Below are positions 50,990 to 64,000 of a stretch of DNA of 64,000 nucleotides, in pieces. Source of the stretch: Ramazzottius varieornatus (Eukaryota; Animalia; Tardigrada); the NCBI GenBank assembly GCA_001949185.1, contig BDGG01000003.1, positions 845,577 through 909,576 of the forward strand. The letters are read 5' to 3'. Position 1 is the stretch's first letter. Every line of letters begins with the position of its first letter. The translations under genes and the position numbers were made by a program. The notes under the pieces were generated by a model that made no database searches, had not been told where the DNA came from, and saw only the letters and a program-made list of their open reading frames with translations.

Positions 50990-53900
50990 CTGCAACCAGA
51001 CGAAATAGCATCCATCAAACTTGCTGAGGATCGGTAAACAGATTTCCAACTTTACAACAATCTGCATACGCATACACTACAATTACGTGCACAACTCATG
51101 CATGCAGTTGAGTGAAGCAAAAGCTCCCCGAATTCATACACCTGCATGCTCAGCCAAGCACTACCGTGGAAAGACTGCAAGCGCAGACGCGCAGGAACAT
51201 CAAACGAAAGTTCTATGTGACCCACCGTAGCCGATGCCTTGCAGCTGCAGAAGGATAGCTTGAGCGACTCTGCCAGGTTCCTCATCCAATACGAACCCAT
51301 CCGCGTCTTGGATCTATTCAAGTGAAAGAACCTTTGAGCAAAGTAATAATTCATGAGACGTGTGTGACTGACCTTCAGCCACTCGGAGAGCTCTGGATAA
51401 AGCCGGGAGTTGAGCTGGATCGTCTCTTCATAATAGGGGCTTTCGCTAGCAGCGATCTGCAGCACGCGACATCTGAAAGGCAGGAGAGCATTAGATGGCT
51501 CATACTGTCAGGAAACATCAAAGAACCATTATCGATCGAGGGGAGCAGCTGATCAGTCACAGCGTGACAGCCGATCTTCAAGGCCATCTTTTGGTTACTT
51601 CCCGGTTCCACAGTCGTCAACAAACCGACGGCAGTCAGAGCAACCAGAAAGCGCCCCATCACATACCTGCATACAGTCAGTAGCACAAACACCGTGATGC
51701 CCATGTATGCTGGTACATGAAAGCTAGAGTTTCATGCACCTACATACATAAGACTAGACACTTAGCGTACAGCACATGTATACATGTACATGAAACTCGG
51801 CGAACTGCATTCGAGGACTTCTCGTTACACGGGAAAAGGAGTACTTACGTGATGCTGGGCACAGCTAGTCTCCGAGAAGGGTCGCCTTCGCGGTGAATGT
51901 TCAAATCTGTGCGACTGTAAAGGAAAAGAAGAAGAGATTCAATTAAGGGGGCAACAGCTTGCGGAGACCCTTCTAGCAAATCACTTTCCGGAGGAGAGCC
52001 ACCGATGGCGTCCGCCACTCATTTACATGAATAATGCCCGGCTGGCACTCTTACTAACTTGATGAAAGAATCAATAAACAGCGCCAGATTGACGGGGTTG
52101 ACATTGTTGGCAAAGTGATGGCGATAGAAACTCGCCAAGTCCGGCCTGTATTCCTGATACTGCAACCAAAAAAAAATAATCAGAAAAAAAATCAAATTAC
52201 TTTCATTGGAAAATTCGAAACTTCCGGATAGAAATCTCTTATTGCAGGTGAGGAGCAAGAAAAAATTTCTGATTTTTAAAACCAAAATTAATTATACAGG
52301 AAATCTTGCGAATCAGACCGGAGTACCTTGTTGAAGTAGTTCCACATGAGGTAGTCCAAAGAGGCATTTGTCATTCCACGCCAACGTAGCTGAAGGTTGT
52401 TCCACTTCTGCGACGTCCATTCTCCCCAGCCAGCCACACGTGAAGTGCAGTTGACAAGAACCAGCGCGTCCACATGGCTGGGATGCTTAATCTACAACCG
52501 AGCAGAATAACCATCACGTCAGTTTCGAGCTAGTTTCCTCGATTTATTTCTATCATAGGAAGTTTTTCCAGTCATCCCCCCAGCCTTCCTTCTACACAAC
52601 ACTAAATCATCTAAGAACGTCTCGCTGAACCCCGGGAACCGATCCGGAAGTCAGAATATTCAACCTGAAGTTAGACCGATACTCGGGAATTTAAGCGATT
52701 TCCCGAATTTTCAAATACTCAATTTCCTCATGAAATTCATCAATTCTCATCGATTTCCAAATACACGTTCCAAAGCCGAAACAGTTTTCGACCTTCTCTA
52801 GAGGATCCTGAAAGTCTGGAAAAATTACTTGTCATTTCGAAGGTGAAAGAAAAACAGCATCAAGATGTTCACTAATTTCTTTACATTCCAATGAGGAATA
52901 AATTTTGAATATTTCTAACAACTATTCAAAAAATTCGAACGCCATTAGAAACTTCACAAACTGTGTGAATGTTCTCACACACTCTAAAGAAGAGTTTCAT
53001 GAGCCATAAAGCAGAAGGTGCGAGTGTGACTAGCGCTTTTGCAATGCCCAAATGATACCGTCAACAACACGCGTGCTTACGATCACCGCGCATTAAACTA
53101 TGGCTTCTGTTGGGCTGCTTTTATGCTTATGATCTTCGGCGTTCAAAATCGGAAGACAGCAATCGGAAGACAGCAAGTGGGAATGTGTTACAAGTGTGCG
53201 GCAGAAAAAAATAATCACGTACGGCATATCGTGCGAGAATGTTGGCGCCAGCGCCCAAACCGAGTCCCACAAAATGAACGATCCTACAACACACAGACAG
53301 ACAAAGTCAACATCGTCGCGTGATCCTTTTCACATAAAAAGCTCGAAAGACCTTCTCACTCCCTACATACCCATTGGCGACGCGGAACGTCTCAATCATA
53401 TCGGCCATATCGTCCATCGTCGGGTAAGCGGTTCTACAGCAGAAAAACGCTTATTACGGAGGGTCCGCAACACAGTCCGCAAGTCCACTTCGTGTCACGA
53501 GCCCCTGATACAACCATATCTGTGACACGACCCCCACAAGTAAACCGACCGGACCCCCCACTTCAAGAATTTCCTCCTTACCCTTCTTTCCAGTTGGGAG
53601 CGTTCTCTTCCTGTCCAGGTGCCGTCAAATGGTAAACACTGAAATACTTGGAAAGCACATGCATGTCGGGGTAGTTGAAGAAGGTCCGAAAGCAGGTATG
53701 GCCTGTAAAGAAGGAAATACTTCAACTCTTTGAAAGGCTAACCAATTCTAGGATGATATTTCGATGTTCCTTCCGAACAGAATTTCTCGCTCCCAGGCTC
53801 CTACCGCTTAATCCCAGATCGTGGAAGGTGATGATGGGAACTTTTCGAGTGTCTCCATGTTTCGATACCGTGAAATACCAGCCTTTGCCTTCGTCCGCGA

Positions 53901-54141
53901 CGAATTTTTCTTCCTGACAGAAAAGAAAGAAAAATAAGGATATCAGATAAACGAATCAACAAATCAAACCCCACATTACCTTAAAGTCTTCCCCGAAAGC
54001 ATTGTGATTTCCCAGTGGGACGCGCATGTCCCCCATTTCCATGCCGTCGTTGTTGGTATCCCTGACGATGGTCTTGGTTTCCGTGACCGTAGTGTGAACC
54101 AGCGTTACGCGATCCGTTCCATTGTCCATGTAATCGGCCAT
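50990..54141 (-). CDS. NDRG: NDRG family alpha/beta-hydrolase-fold protein (3' end uncertain)
   Basis: IITFHDLGL.GHTCFRTFFNYPDM; VYHLTAPGQEE; YPTMDDMA; GLGLGAGANILARYA; LVLVNCT...GWGEW; NPVNLALFIDSF; FVLDEEPGRVAQAILLQLQGIGY. Confidence 0.93.
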
Positions 54142-55102
54142 GCTTAAAATGGGCCTGCAGGCGCTAAAAATTATTCGGAAGATCCACAGCCTTTTTTGTC
54201 GGGGATAAAACGATGAGACTCAATGCAAGAAATTACACCAGAAAATGAAGAGAAGCGCTCTTCCCTTTGAAGCAACTTCTCCCACTGACAAGGATGATCC
54301 AGGGAATTTATCGACTGACAAGGAACTCTGCATTTACATTCAACTCTCCCATAAAGAAGCACAACAAAGACTGATGCAAGTGTATCGTTTCCATCAATCA
54401 TCAGCACGTGATGCTTCCAGTGTGGATTCCGTCTCAGATCCACTGGTTTGCTCAGTGGCCTAGCTAAGCGGTATATCTCCTACTCCAAGCCACTCCAAGG
54501 TCTGAGAGTGTCTACTGCCTACTTCCTCGTCTGAGCTAACCAGTCATCCCTGTTCCACAACTGGTTCAGCCAGTGGAACTGGAACGTCCTAGTATGCTCT
54601 TGCCGGGCTTTGCTGACAATGCAAATCAACGCAACCATTCCATCATTTCCGTTTGGGACATTTTGCGCAGCAGCCTGGAGAACAGACTTTTTTTCTAAGT
54701 TTACGAACAGACAGAGAAGGCACCGGAGACCCATGCCACAGAGCGCCTGGCTCGGTATTGCAGAGAGAAACCGAAGTTCGATGGACCATGGTGTCGGAAG
54801 AACCAAGTTCGAGCTTGTAGAAATCTGTTCCGTCGCGCTTACATCTAAACGAAATTCTTGTGGAACAATGGTATCTATAAATCAGAGCTGACAGATGGAT
54901 AAATCAAGATACAGCGTGCAAAATCATTCAGTCCGCTCATGACAGTGAATATTGAAAGATCAATCTACCTATCCGTTTCTCACACCTACAGTACTCTAAA
55001 CTACCGATCTAGTGGAACGGTTTTGAGTCCAGGTCCGTGTAAAAAGACTGGTCGGAACTCGCAATTTTGGCCTATGATGGCATATAGATCAGCTGATCGG
55101 TA

Positions 55103-55470
55103 CGAGGTAAACGACATAATTCGGGCATATTTTTTCTCAGCTTCTGCTGCGCGTTATGGACTGCTTGTTGTTTCCTGAGGTAGACTGATCCCTCTTCTCG
55201 AGTTTTAAATAGGTTCGAGAACGACAAAGTGTTGTGGATGACGGAAATTTGGCCTGGGAGGGAGGTGGGTCTGTCCAATGTTAAAAAGCCTAATGTTGTA
55301 TCAACATGCGTACGATGAGAGATAAATCAAGCATTAACGATAATGTTCAAACGTTTTGCGTTGCCCGAATTATGGTGCGAAAATCGATATGCCCGAATTA
55401 TGATGCGAAAATCGATATGCCCGAATTATGATGCGAAAATCGATATGCCCGAATTATGTCGTTTATCTCG
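55103..55470. mobile_element. Tc1/mariner-type MITE with TA TSD and an internal 28-bp tandem repeat
   Basis: TA|cgaggtaaacgacataattcgggcatat ... atatgcccgaattatgtcgtttatctcg|TA; about 3.4 copies of gcccgaattatgatgcgaaaatcgatat at ~55363-55458. Confidence 0.85.
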
Positions 55471-55787
55471 TACACACACTGACAAAATATTTCACCTACT
55501 ATCCGGAAAGTCTTTTTACACGCACCCGGACCCGAAACTGTCGCATTAGATCGGTACTTTCAAAGCAACTCCTGGTTGAACGCTGCTCTTAGATAACAAG
55601 AGAATAATTTTCACGCACGATGGCCCAGAAACAAAGTAACGTAGGTTGTCAGCGGACGTCTCTCTGCGCCAAGAATCCTGGTATAAAATGACTTGACGAC
55701 AGCAGAAAAAATCATCGGTTTCTTCTCACGGTTTCCTTCTCCATCTTCCAACTTTCGACAAGTCACTGATCCACTTCCTTCTCCGCC

Positions 55788-56593
55788 ATGAAGTGCCTCA
55801 TTGTCCTCTCTGCCCTGGTGGCTGTAGCTTGCGCCGCCAACGGAGACCAGAATCCTAAGGTCTGGGATGCTCTGGACAAGCTCCGTGGAAAGTCTCCCCT
55901 GCAGACTGACGAGATTCAACAGATTTACGCCAACGCTCAACCTGGCCAAGACTTTCCCGTCCTCTCCGAAATTCCTCAATCCAACATTGACTGCGCCCAG
56001 TTCAAGCAGCCTGGTTTCTACGCTGACGACAGCAGCCAATGCCAAGTCTTCCATCGCTGTGACGTCAACGGCAACTTGACCAGCTACTTATGCCCCAACA
56101 TGACCGTAAGCAGACTCGTGCCAAACCGCATATTATTATGCAATTGCTGATCGAAGCTGGCAAGGGTGTTACCGTCTCCCGTTTCTGAATTCGTATTCTA
56201 CCAATGTGTCTTTTTGCGAACGCGCGACAGGATGCCAGAGGCAGCTAGGTTCAAGGGACTACTATTTGGGCATCTGATTTCTTCAGTCTTTTTTTGTTGC
56301 AGGTGTTCAACCAAATCACCTTGATTTGCGACTGGTTCTGGAACGTTGACTGCAGCCAGTCCAAGCAGTTCCAGGATTACGCCAACAGCCGTCTGTACAC
56401 CGAAGGAAAGGTCCTGTTGGACAATCAGGACGACTACGAGCTCAAGGCCGCCACTGGTGCCGTCCAGTCCTCCGCATCCAAGTCCCAGCGATCCAAGACA
56501 AAGACCAAGGCGTCCGGCAGTGCCAGTAGCTCCAGCAGGTTCTCCAGCCGGAGCAGCGAACAATCAGTTGAGGAATCTTCCGAACAACAGTAA
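55788..56593 (+). CDS. Secreted chitin-binding protein (CBM14/peritrophin-A, single domain)
   Basis: Signal peptide MKCLIVLSALVAVACA; C...PGFYAD....CQVFHRC....YLCPNMT|VFNQITLICDWFWNVDC. Exons 55788-56105, 56303-56593. Confidence 0.93.
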
Positions 56594-57365
56594 ATTCTGA
56601 GCCAGTCGTGGACTCTGGATAGGTTTACATTGAAGGAATAATTTATTACCTGTTTTGCCCTTCTACTCAACATTCCAATCTCGTCCTTCCTCTATGTCCT
56701 CCGCTTGCTTTCTCTGCATTCGTACACCTCTTAAATTTCTGCCTCTGTGTTCTTTGTGCTTGTCAAACTACACTGTGATTCCTATCAGCTACTTGAAAAT
56801 GTCCCGTCGCTCCTTAAAGCGTTTTTTGTGCAGTAAATATCTCCCTCTTGTCCGAATTCGAAGCGGTTCCTAAATATCGAACTCTGGTTCGCTGATTACG
56901 TATACACGCAAGAAGGGAAAGCTCGGACCAGTAAAAAGTCTGGACAAGCGAAGACGACGCTAGCCTAAAATTCAGCCGCAGAAAATTGTCGAGAATTGCA
57001 TGAAACTGAATGGGCATGCGAAGCGTACGAAGTAAGAAAAAGTCCTAAGGGCACTGTACTAGTGTCTGTTCGACTCAAAATGGTTCGCCCTTTGCCCAGA
57101 CATTCCCTTGGGAATTTGCTTCGAGAGACGAAGAAATCTTTCATATGGGATCAGAATCCATTAATGCGAGATCGTTTTCGGGAATATAGGGTTAGAGTCT
57201 TCGCTCCACGTGAATGCCTCGTTCGTTTACTGTACACTGTATACGGGGTTGGTAGGGCAAAATTTTCGGACCGGAGCTCAACTGCACGCGTATGAGGACG
57301 TGCGTCGCGATTTTCACGAAGCCTTACAGTACTGTAAATGGAGAACTAAAACTGCGCACAAAAGT

Positions 57366-60300
57366 TTAGCAATAATAAGTAAGAACATTCTCTTGAGCAC
57401 CACGAATTAACAGCGTGGGTGGAAGATCGGAAGTTAGACTATGCAGGACAGCCATGTAAAACGTGGAGCTTTGTCCGGCTTTCGGTAAAGGCATCGTCAC
57501 CACGTTGAGGGTGGAAGATAGCGAGTGTTCAAGCAAGAGCTCCCGTAATCTACAAGACAGACTTACAGCAACAGCAAGTTCGCTTTTGCCACGTTACTGT
57601 TGACCAAAAAAAATAATGTTTTTACCGAATCTGCTTCATGGTTCGATTTCCAAACGTCTGAATGTCCTTCTCCGTGATTACGCCCATTCCACTGGTCTTC
57701 CGCTGTTTTACAGTGCTCTTAACATGGCTGACATCTCGCAGATCGTCCATCAGATCCTCGAACCAGCGAGTCTGTTCCCTTGAAGGAGGAATCTCCAAAT
57801 CCACTGGGATAACTTCGGTGTATTTGATGCGAAACTTATCCAGCAAACCTCCCATTTCTGTTTTGGCCGCTTCTTTGTCTTGCCCAGCCAGGCAAAACAC
57901 CTTTAGCTTACTGTGGTGCCAGGGGTTGTGCAGTGTCAGCAAGTGAGGTATCAACAGAGTCAAACCTACAAGGGAAAAGCCGAAGGTCTATGATACGAGG
58001 AACACAAGGCTGGGATGGATATATGATTACATATTTGCCCAACCAACCTCCATCGTCGTACAGCCACCAAATATGAATTTCTCCATCTAAGCCTCGCTCC
58101 TTTTTTGCGGGCTGGAAACGTTCTGCCAGCAAGATTCGGGCTTCCATCTCTGGAGTGTTGCCTTCCCGCCGTACTTCAAGCGGGATGGCGTTGACCATGA
58201 CGTCATGTAGCTTGGTTTCGGAACCTATGAAGGTAGCTCAGAAAACAAAGCTTTCGCTATACCATGTGGTATTCAAACCTACGCAATTTCTTCGCTTCTT
58301 TCTTCAAATCTTTGGCATTTTCGGCAACCAGCTGTTCGAAGTTGACCGCTTCCGTGATATTGAACCCTTCCTTGGCATACGCGATGATCACCCCGAGGTT
58401 TGCGTCGAATGCTTCGTTGATGGCGCCGACGTACTCATCTAGCGCTGTCTCGTTGCTACTGCGCCATCCATTTGGGAAGCCCATCATCAGAATGTTAGGT
58501 TTCAGCTTACCCAGCCCGGAAGTCTGAATTAAGGCCCGAATACCCTCGGAGGTGTTCTTTGCCGCGACGTAGTCATAAAACGCGTGGATCTTCCGGCGGC
58601 GGAGCCACTTGTAGGCCTCTTGTCCCATCGTCCGTCTTTCCTTCACTGATTTACCCTGCGAGAAATCAAGCAAGCGTTTCTGCTGAATGTAAAAAGCGGC
58701 TGGCAGTTTCGCGTACCACGAGAACGTGTCCGCAGATAAGTAAGCCAGTTCCTCGAGTAATCCCATTGGCTAGGTAGGTTAATGCTGGGCGAGCGTACGG
58801 CATTCCCGTCAAAGCTAAAATTTGCGGTCGCCAATTTTTCACATGGTCCTCCACTTTGATGAGCGCGTGCATGTCGGACAGAGCTTTCTTGTAAGCGTTA
58901 GCTTGCACCGAGGTGCCCCAGTTGACATGTGGATTTTTGTAGTACACGTAAAGCCATAGCAAAACTGCAGAGGAAAACCTCATGTGTCACTTTGATCTAG
59001 GATGTCGTGAAGGTATCGGAATTATTGTTGCGAACGTAATAGAAGAACACAGAAACAACCTTCTGTAATTGATCACACCAAAATGGGTGGACCTTTTCCT
59101 TCTGTGTAACACGCGAAACTTACAGATAATGCCGACGGCAATTACCGCTGATTTCCAGTCCAAAAAGAACATGATGATGAAACAGGCAATGGCCGTGGCT
59201 AGGCTCAGCCATTTGTTGTAGTACCGGAACGTGGGCCTCCAGCCTGTAAAAGTTGTGTGCTAGCTCGAGTACGTCTCCCGGTTTAGGGATGTAGTTGGGC
59301 TTACCAGGGGAGTTGGAGAAGGAAGCGTCGAAGACGGCGTAGTTTACCAACGTATAAGTTAGCAGGAAGCAGTTGGATACGATATTCGAAATGAAATTCA
59401 AGTCCGCTACAGATATGAACATTCTCCGTAACAAGGAAAAAGACAAACTGGAAACTCAGTCAGGTTTTTACCCGGCATAATGAATATGACGGCGACAATG
59501 AGAACAAGGATATACGCTCTGTATGGCTCATCGGCTTTGGTGTATCCCTTGCCGAAGACGTGGATACCCGGAAAGATGTTGTCTCGACACAAAGCCTGTA
59601 AAAAGTCGACATAACGCAACAGCAATCCACCCAGTTTCCAAAAGGGCCGACACTTTACCTGAAAGATTTTGGGCGAGAAGTTGATACATCCCAGAGCGGT
59701 ACTCAGCGTGGCGGAAAAGATCCCGGCTAGAATAATGGGTCGGAAATGCCCGACAACTTCCATAATTTCCATGTTGTTAATCATCCCTTCCTTGCAGGCA
59801 GTGGCAGCATTGTACTGATCGTGGTGGCAGGAAGTTAGATTTCCCGCAAAGATATCAGCCACATTTCCACTGGCGTGACGCAGTGTGACTGACGCAGTGC
59901 ACCATCCGACCAGGATGTAGGTGAACGAGGTGAACAAAATGGCACAAATGGTACCTGTAGACAAGAGGCACAGCTAACGACAGTGTGCAGTGCACCGATC
60001 TGCCGACTTTTACTACCTTTTGGAATGGCGCCTGAAGGATCTTTCAGGTCTCCCGTGATGGACGACCCGGCCAAGATACCGGTAACGGACGGGAAGAAGA
60101 CGCCAAACACCGACATGAAGTCGTTCGCGCCAAACTGGTCATCTTGATACGCTGGATAAAAGTTCTCCCGGAAGAGGGCATTGGAGTACCCGACGAAACC
60201 CTTGGCTTGCATTTCCAGTGTAGGTGGAATGATGGAGCCTATCACACTATAGCGGACACAAGTCAAAATACTAATGCATTGTACTGCGTCCTTTGTGCTT

Positions 60301-62839
60301 CAGATTGTGGATACGCTTGGGGTATGTATCTTACATATTCGCAATTGCAGCTAACAAGATGACGAAGAAGACGAGTTGCAACTGCAAAGAGCAAAGTTGT
60401 GTTTCATGAAACTCGCCTTCGACGTAATATTGTAGAACCGTACCCTGGAGGCGATCTCCATGCCGAAGAACGTGAAACCAGTCAGCGCGACAAGTGTAAT
60501 TACGCCAATAATGCGGACGTCGTTTGCTGCGTCTACCATCCCCAGATGGTGTTCTTCCAGCAGATTCTGAACGGTGTCCGCGAAGCCTTGAATATTCAGC
60601 GAGACACTGATAGCGTTGGCCAGGGAAAAGATGACGCCAATGGCGGCTCCGAATTGTGGACCCAAACTTCGGGATATCATAAAGTACGTTCCACCCACGC
60701 CGATCTCGCCGTTGGTACTGATGGCCGAAGTGGACAGGGATGTCAAGATGGCGATGGTTGTGGCTAATAGGATAACTACCAGAAACATGCCCATACCGGC
60801 CTGGGCGTTCATCCAAGCGATACGGAGGAACAACATGACACCCCATAAGTTCAAGATGGTCCATAGTACCACACCGCGGATCCATCCCAAGTTGCCGCGC
60901 TTCAACCGTTGCTCGTTACCCGTTTGTCTCACCGCATCGTCCCCAGACAAAACCTACAAAAGCGAAGGCTGGGCTCTATTTTGAGAAAAGTATCAACTTA
61001 GTGCGACCAAAGTGACGTACAGTATCGACGCGAAGGTCCTCCAGTGTTGGTCGGGTGTCGTTGACGTTACCCATGTAACTCTGTACCGTTGGCACTCTTT
61101 CTTTCGGATTAAAGCCCACGCTAATTCTCCTCGTACGTGCTGCTGCTGCGTCGTCCAGATGCCTGTTGGGGAAGCTGGGAAGTGGAGTAAACCTATCATC
61201 CTGTGCAGGAAGAAACCATGCGTTTGGTAAAGTGATCTTGACCAACAACTGCACAGAATGCGAAATTCTGATGTATTGCTATCAATCCTGATACAGTTAC
61301 CCTCATGGGTCACGGGCACCCGCGGCTTCACTTTGCTAAATTGTGTCTTCCGAACCCGTTGTCCAATTTCCGAAATGTGTCTTGTAGAAGAAAGATTGGT
61401 ACTTTGTGACCACGCGACATTCCACTCATTTTTTCAATGAATAAACCGCTGAAATAGTGGTCGGACAAGGAAATAATGGCCATTTTGGCCGCTCAACTCT
61501 CGTCACGCGACAGAATTTCGGGACAGCCTAAACAACCAGAATGTAGCCCATACATGGATCTATTCACTACACTGAAAGAGATGTCCAGCAAAAGTGGCAT
61601 GCAATACTCCGCACTGGATTTACTGTTTACTTTTCCGAACAAATTTAATCGAATATTTGCTAGGTTGCTTATCTAACGAGAGTAACGAAAAATGTGGCGG
61701 GTGGAAGTAAATCACCCATGAAAAAGTGAAAAAGAAGGCTGTAAACCTAGCGCGAAAAATTGTGCATGACATTTTTGCTGGACATCTCTTTCGGTGTAGT
61801 GAATAGATCCATGTATGGGCTATATTCTGGTTGTGTAGGCTGTCCCGAAATTCTGTCGCGTGACGAGAGATGAGCGGCCAAAAATGGCCATTATTTCCTT
61901 GTCCGACCAATATTTCAGCGGTTTATTCATTGATGAAATGAGCGGAATGTCACGTGGTCACAAGGTACTTTTCTTCTTCTACAAGACACATTTCAAATTA
62001 CGGAAATTGGACAACGGGTTCGGGCGATACAAGGAAGTAAATTAAGACCATGGGTGCCCATGACCCATGAGCGTGACTGTACTAAAAATTTCTAATATGC
62101 CTAACATAAACAGGCAGGAGCCAGGTTTGCTGAGGCTGAGCTCGCAGGAATTAACTGGATACAGTATCCAAGATCTCAAATTTCACCGTCATTGAGTGGG
62201 ACGTAGGAAAATGAAGTGGATGCATCTTTAATCCAAGTGGCGGACGCTTTCCAGATTATTAGCTGATTGCCTGCGCTACTTCGGAGGCCGATATGGTTCA
62301 AATCATCTGCCCCAGTTCTAAGTACGGACTGGAGAAATATGTACCTCGTCATTTTCGGCGTTCTCAAAAGCGGGGTTGCTGATCCCCTCTTCCTGAAGGT
62401 CCTTCGCGCGTTGCGATAATTCCGCCGGGCTGACCACTATCTCCGGTCGTCGTGTCGTCGAGATCTTCCGTATACTCCAAGAGATCTTCCGTGAGGGTCC
62501 TGCATCGTCGCTCATGAGCGTCACTGCTGGTGGATGGGGCGGCGGCCAGTTAGGTTTATTACCCACCTCATCCTCGTGGTACACGGGATTGATGACACCC
62601 CCATTCTCCTGCCGTGAGAAAGCTATACGCTGAGGCCCATCCACCGCATCTCCCATTGTGACGGTCTCCCGAACGTCATCCGGTAGAGTGTCGTAGTTAT
62701 TACGGCCAGCCAGGGCTTCCTGTGACGATATCTTGCGAACTGAACGCGCCACAGCTTCGATAGGCGCTTGGAAGACTGACTTCTTCCGCGTTGGGGATTG
62801 AGGTGGCGGATCCTCGTTGTCCGTATTAGGACGATCCAT
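57366..62839 (-). CDS. SLC12A: SLC12 cation-chloride cotransporter, NKCC/NCC-like
   Basis: LGWIRGV...LNLWGVMLFLR; SAISTNG...GGTYFMISRSLGPQFG; FFPSVTGILAG..ITGDLKDPSGAIPKG; VNWGTS; DHVKNWRPQIL; GLGKLKPNILMMGF; IHIWWLYDDGGLTLLIPHLL; ends RGAQENVLTYYC*. Confidence 0.97.
61294..62079. mobile_element. Foldback/long-TIR non-autonomous DNA element (TA TSD, CAGT termini) in intron 1 of SLC12
   Basis: About 330-bp imperfect inverted repeats (61294-~61625 vs ~61740-62079) around a ~110-bp loop; TA|cagttaccctcatgggtcacgggcaccc ... gggtgcccatgacccatgagcgtgactg|TA. Confidence 0.9.
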
Positions 62840-63676
62840 CGCGAATGATTAAGCAAGGTACTTGTTGTGCTAAAGTTGAAGTGACGAGCGAAGGTAACCG
62901 TTGTAAACTGTCGGACAAGAGAAAATGCGCAGAAAATCACGAAAGAGTGTAATAGCTGGATAGCTGCGGGCGTTGGCGTAGAAGCGCATTTTCCGGTTTA
63001 CGTTATCTCTGCACTTTTGTTTCTTTATGGCATTCGCATTGTCTCGAGCTTATGTTGCACATGTAAGCTCAGCGGATCATTTTCCAGCTCGTTGAAACTG
63101 GCCACCATAAAACATTAAAAGTAGAACGGCGATCGCGCAGCTGATATCTACGCCTTCATTCGCACCTAAGAGACCCAGCTGAAAGTTCATCAATTCGATT
63201 TCATTTTAAGATGTTCTCATCGCTTGTGAAAAAAACGGAGCTGTTTTCAGCTTTGGCTGAATCGGAAATTAGTATAGATACATTACACGAAGTGTGCTCG
63301 TTTCTTCCTGATGAGGCTTCAAGTTCCGGGAGATTCGGACGTCTGTTAGAAATGCCTTCGCTGCAGCTCAAAGATTTGACGCGACGTTCGTTGCACTGCA
63401 CCTACACGTACTTTGCCTAATTATTAACTGGCACCGATCATCTACAGCGGCAGCAGCTAAACTTCGCTGAAATTGACCAATCGATCGAAGCCGGTGGCAA
63501 TAAATTTGTCCACGCCGGTTGTTGCCAGGCAAGCGTCTCCAACGGTAGAGGCAAAACCAAATTGTTTAATCTGACCATTGACCAGCATGGCTCCAGACCG
63601 GTAAGTAGAAATCGTTCCGAGCAATTACCTGAATACTTTAGACTGCAAATTGCTATAGTTTCAATTTGGGAGTGGC

Positions 63677-64000
63677 ATGGTGTGGATAACTGATTATTGT
63701 CCCGATGCAGCATTGGACGTTGTACTGCGCTTTCCACTTGCCCTGCTGCTCGACCACATTCTGGGGACGCTATGGCTCCAGTCCGATCAGGCCAGCCTTC
63801 AGTCAACCGTTCCTCCCTCCACAAAAGGCAAGGATGCACTAGCCGTTACACCATTGGCCGATTGGACAAGCTTGACATATTACGCACAATCCAAACTCTT
63901 CCTGATAACCGGTATATAAGTCAATATTCGTTGTCATTTTGAGCCTTCATGCGGCGACCATTTTGTGTTTTTCCATAGCTGCGTTCACCTGCTGGATGAC
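63677..64000 (+). CDS. Probable 5' end of a TRC8/RNF139-RNF145-like membrane E3 ligase
   Basis: AALDVVLRFPLALLLDHIL resembles the TRC8-family N-terminus (from memory, ALEVALRVP...ID). Upstream non-coding-exon donor at 63601; truncated by window end. Confidence 0.45.

Overview
Eukaryotic (metazoan) genomic DNA, not prokaryotic. It is gene-dense with many short GT-AG introns and two 50-N assembly gaps. The compact invertebrate style is consistent with a tardigrade-like genome, but that is inference only. By manual splicing I reconstruct about 14 genes: the 5' part of a class B (secretin-family) GPCR with a very long acidic N-terminal stalk, ROPN1L, a Kazal-domain protein, a class A neuropeptide GPCR, an XK-family protein, a truncated GUF1/LepA, a Regnase/NYN-type RNase with a C2H2 finger, a protein made of three Cys-rich transposase-like repeats, SMU1, a coiled-coil protein, an MS4A/CD20-like protein, NDRG, a CBM14 chitin-binding protein, an SLC12 (NKCC/NCC-like) cotransporter, and probably the start of a TRC8/RNF139-like gene. 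Several MITE, foldback and Helitron-like elements are present. The most striking unexplained structure is a dispersed, mostly intronic repeat: palindromic 12-bp arms (AAGTGGCGCACG / CGTGCGCCACTT) separated by a 22-23 bp length-conserved but sequence-divergent spacer, often in tandem pairs 74-81 bp apart, found at 7 or more loci. All coordinates were counted by hand and may be off by a few bases.
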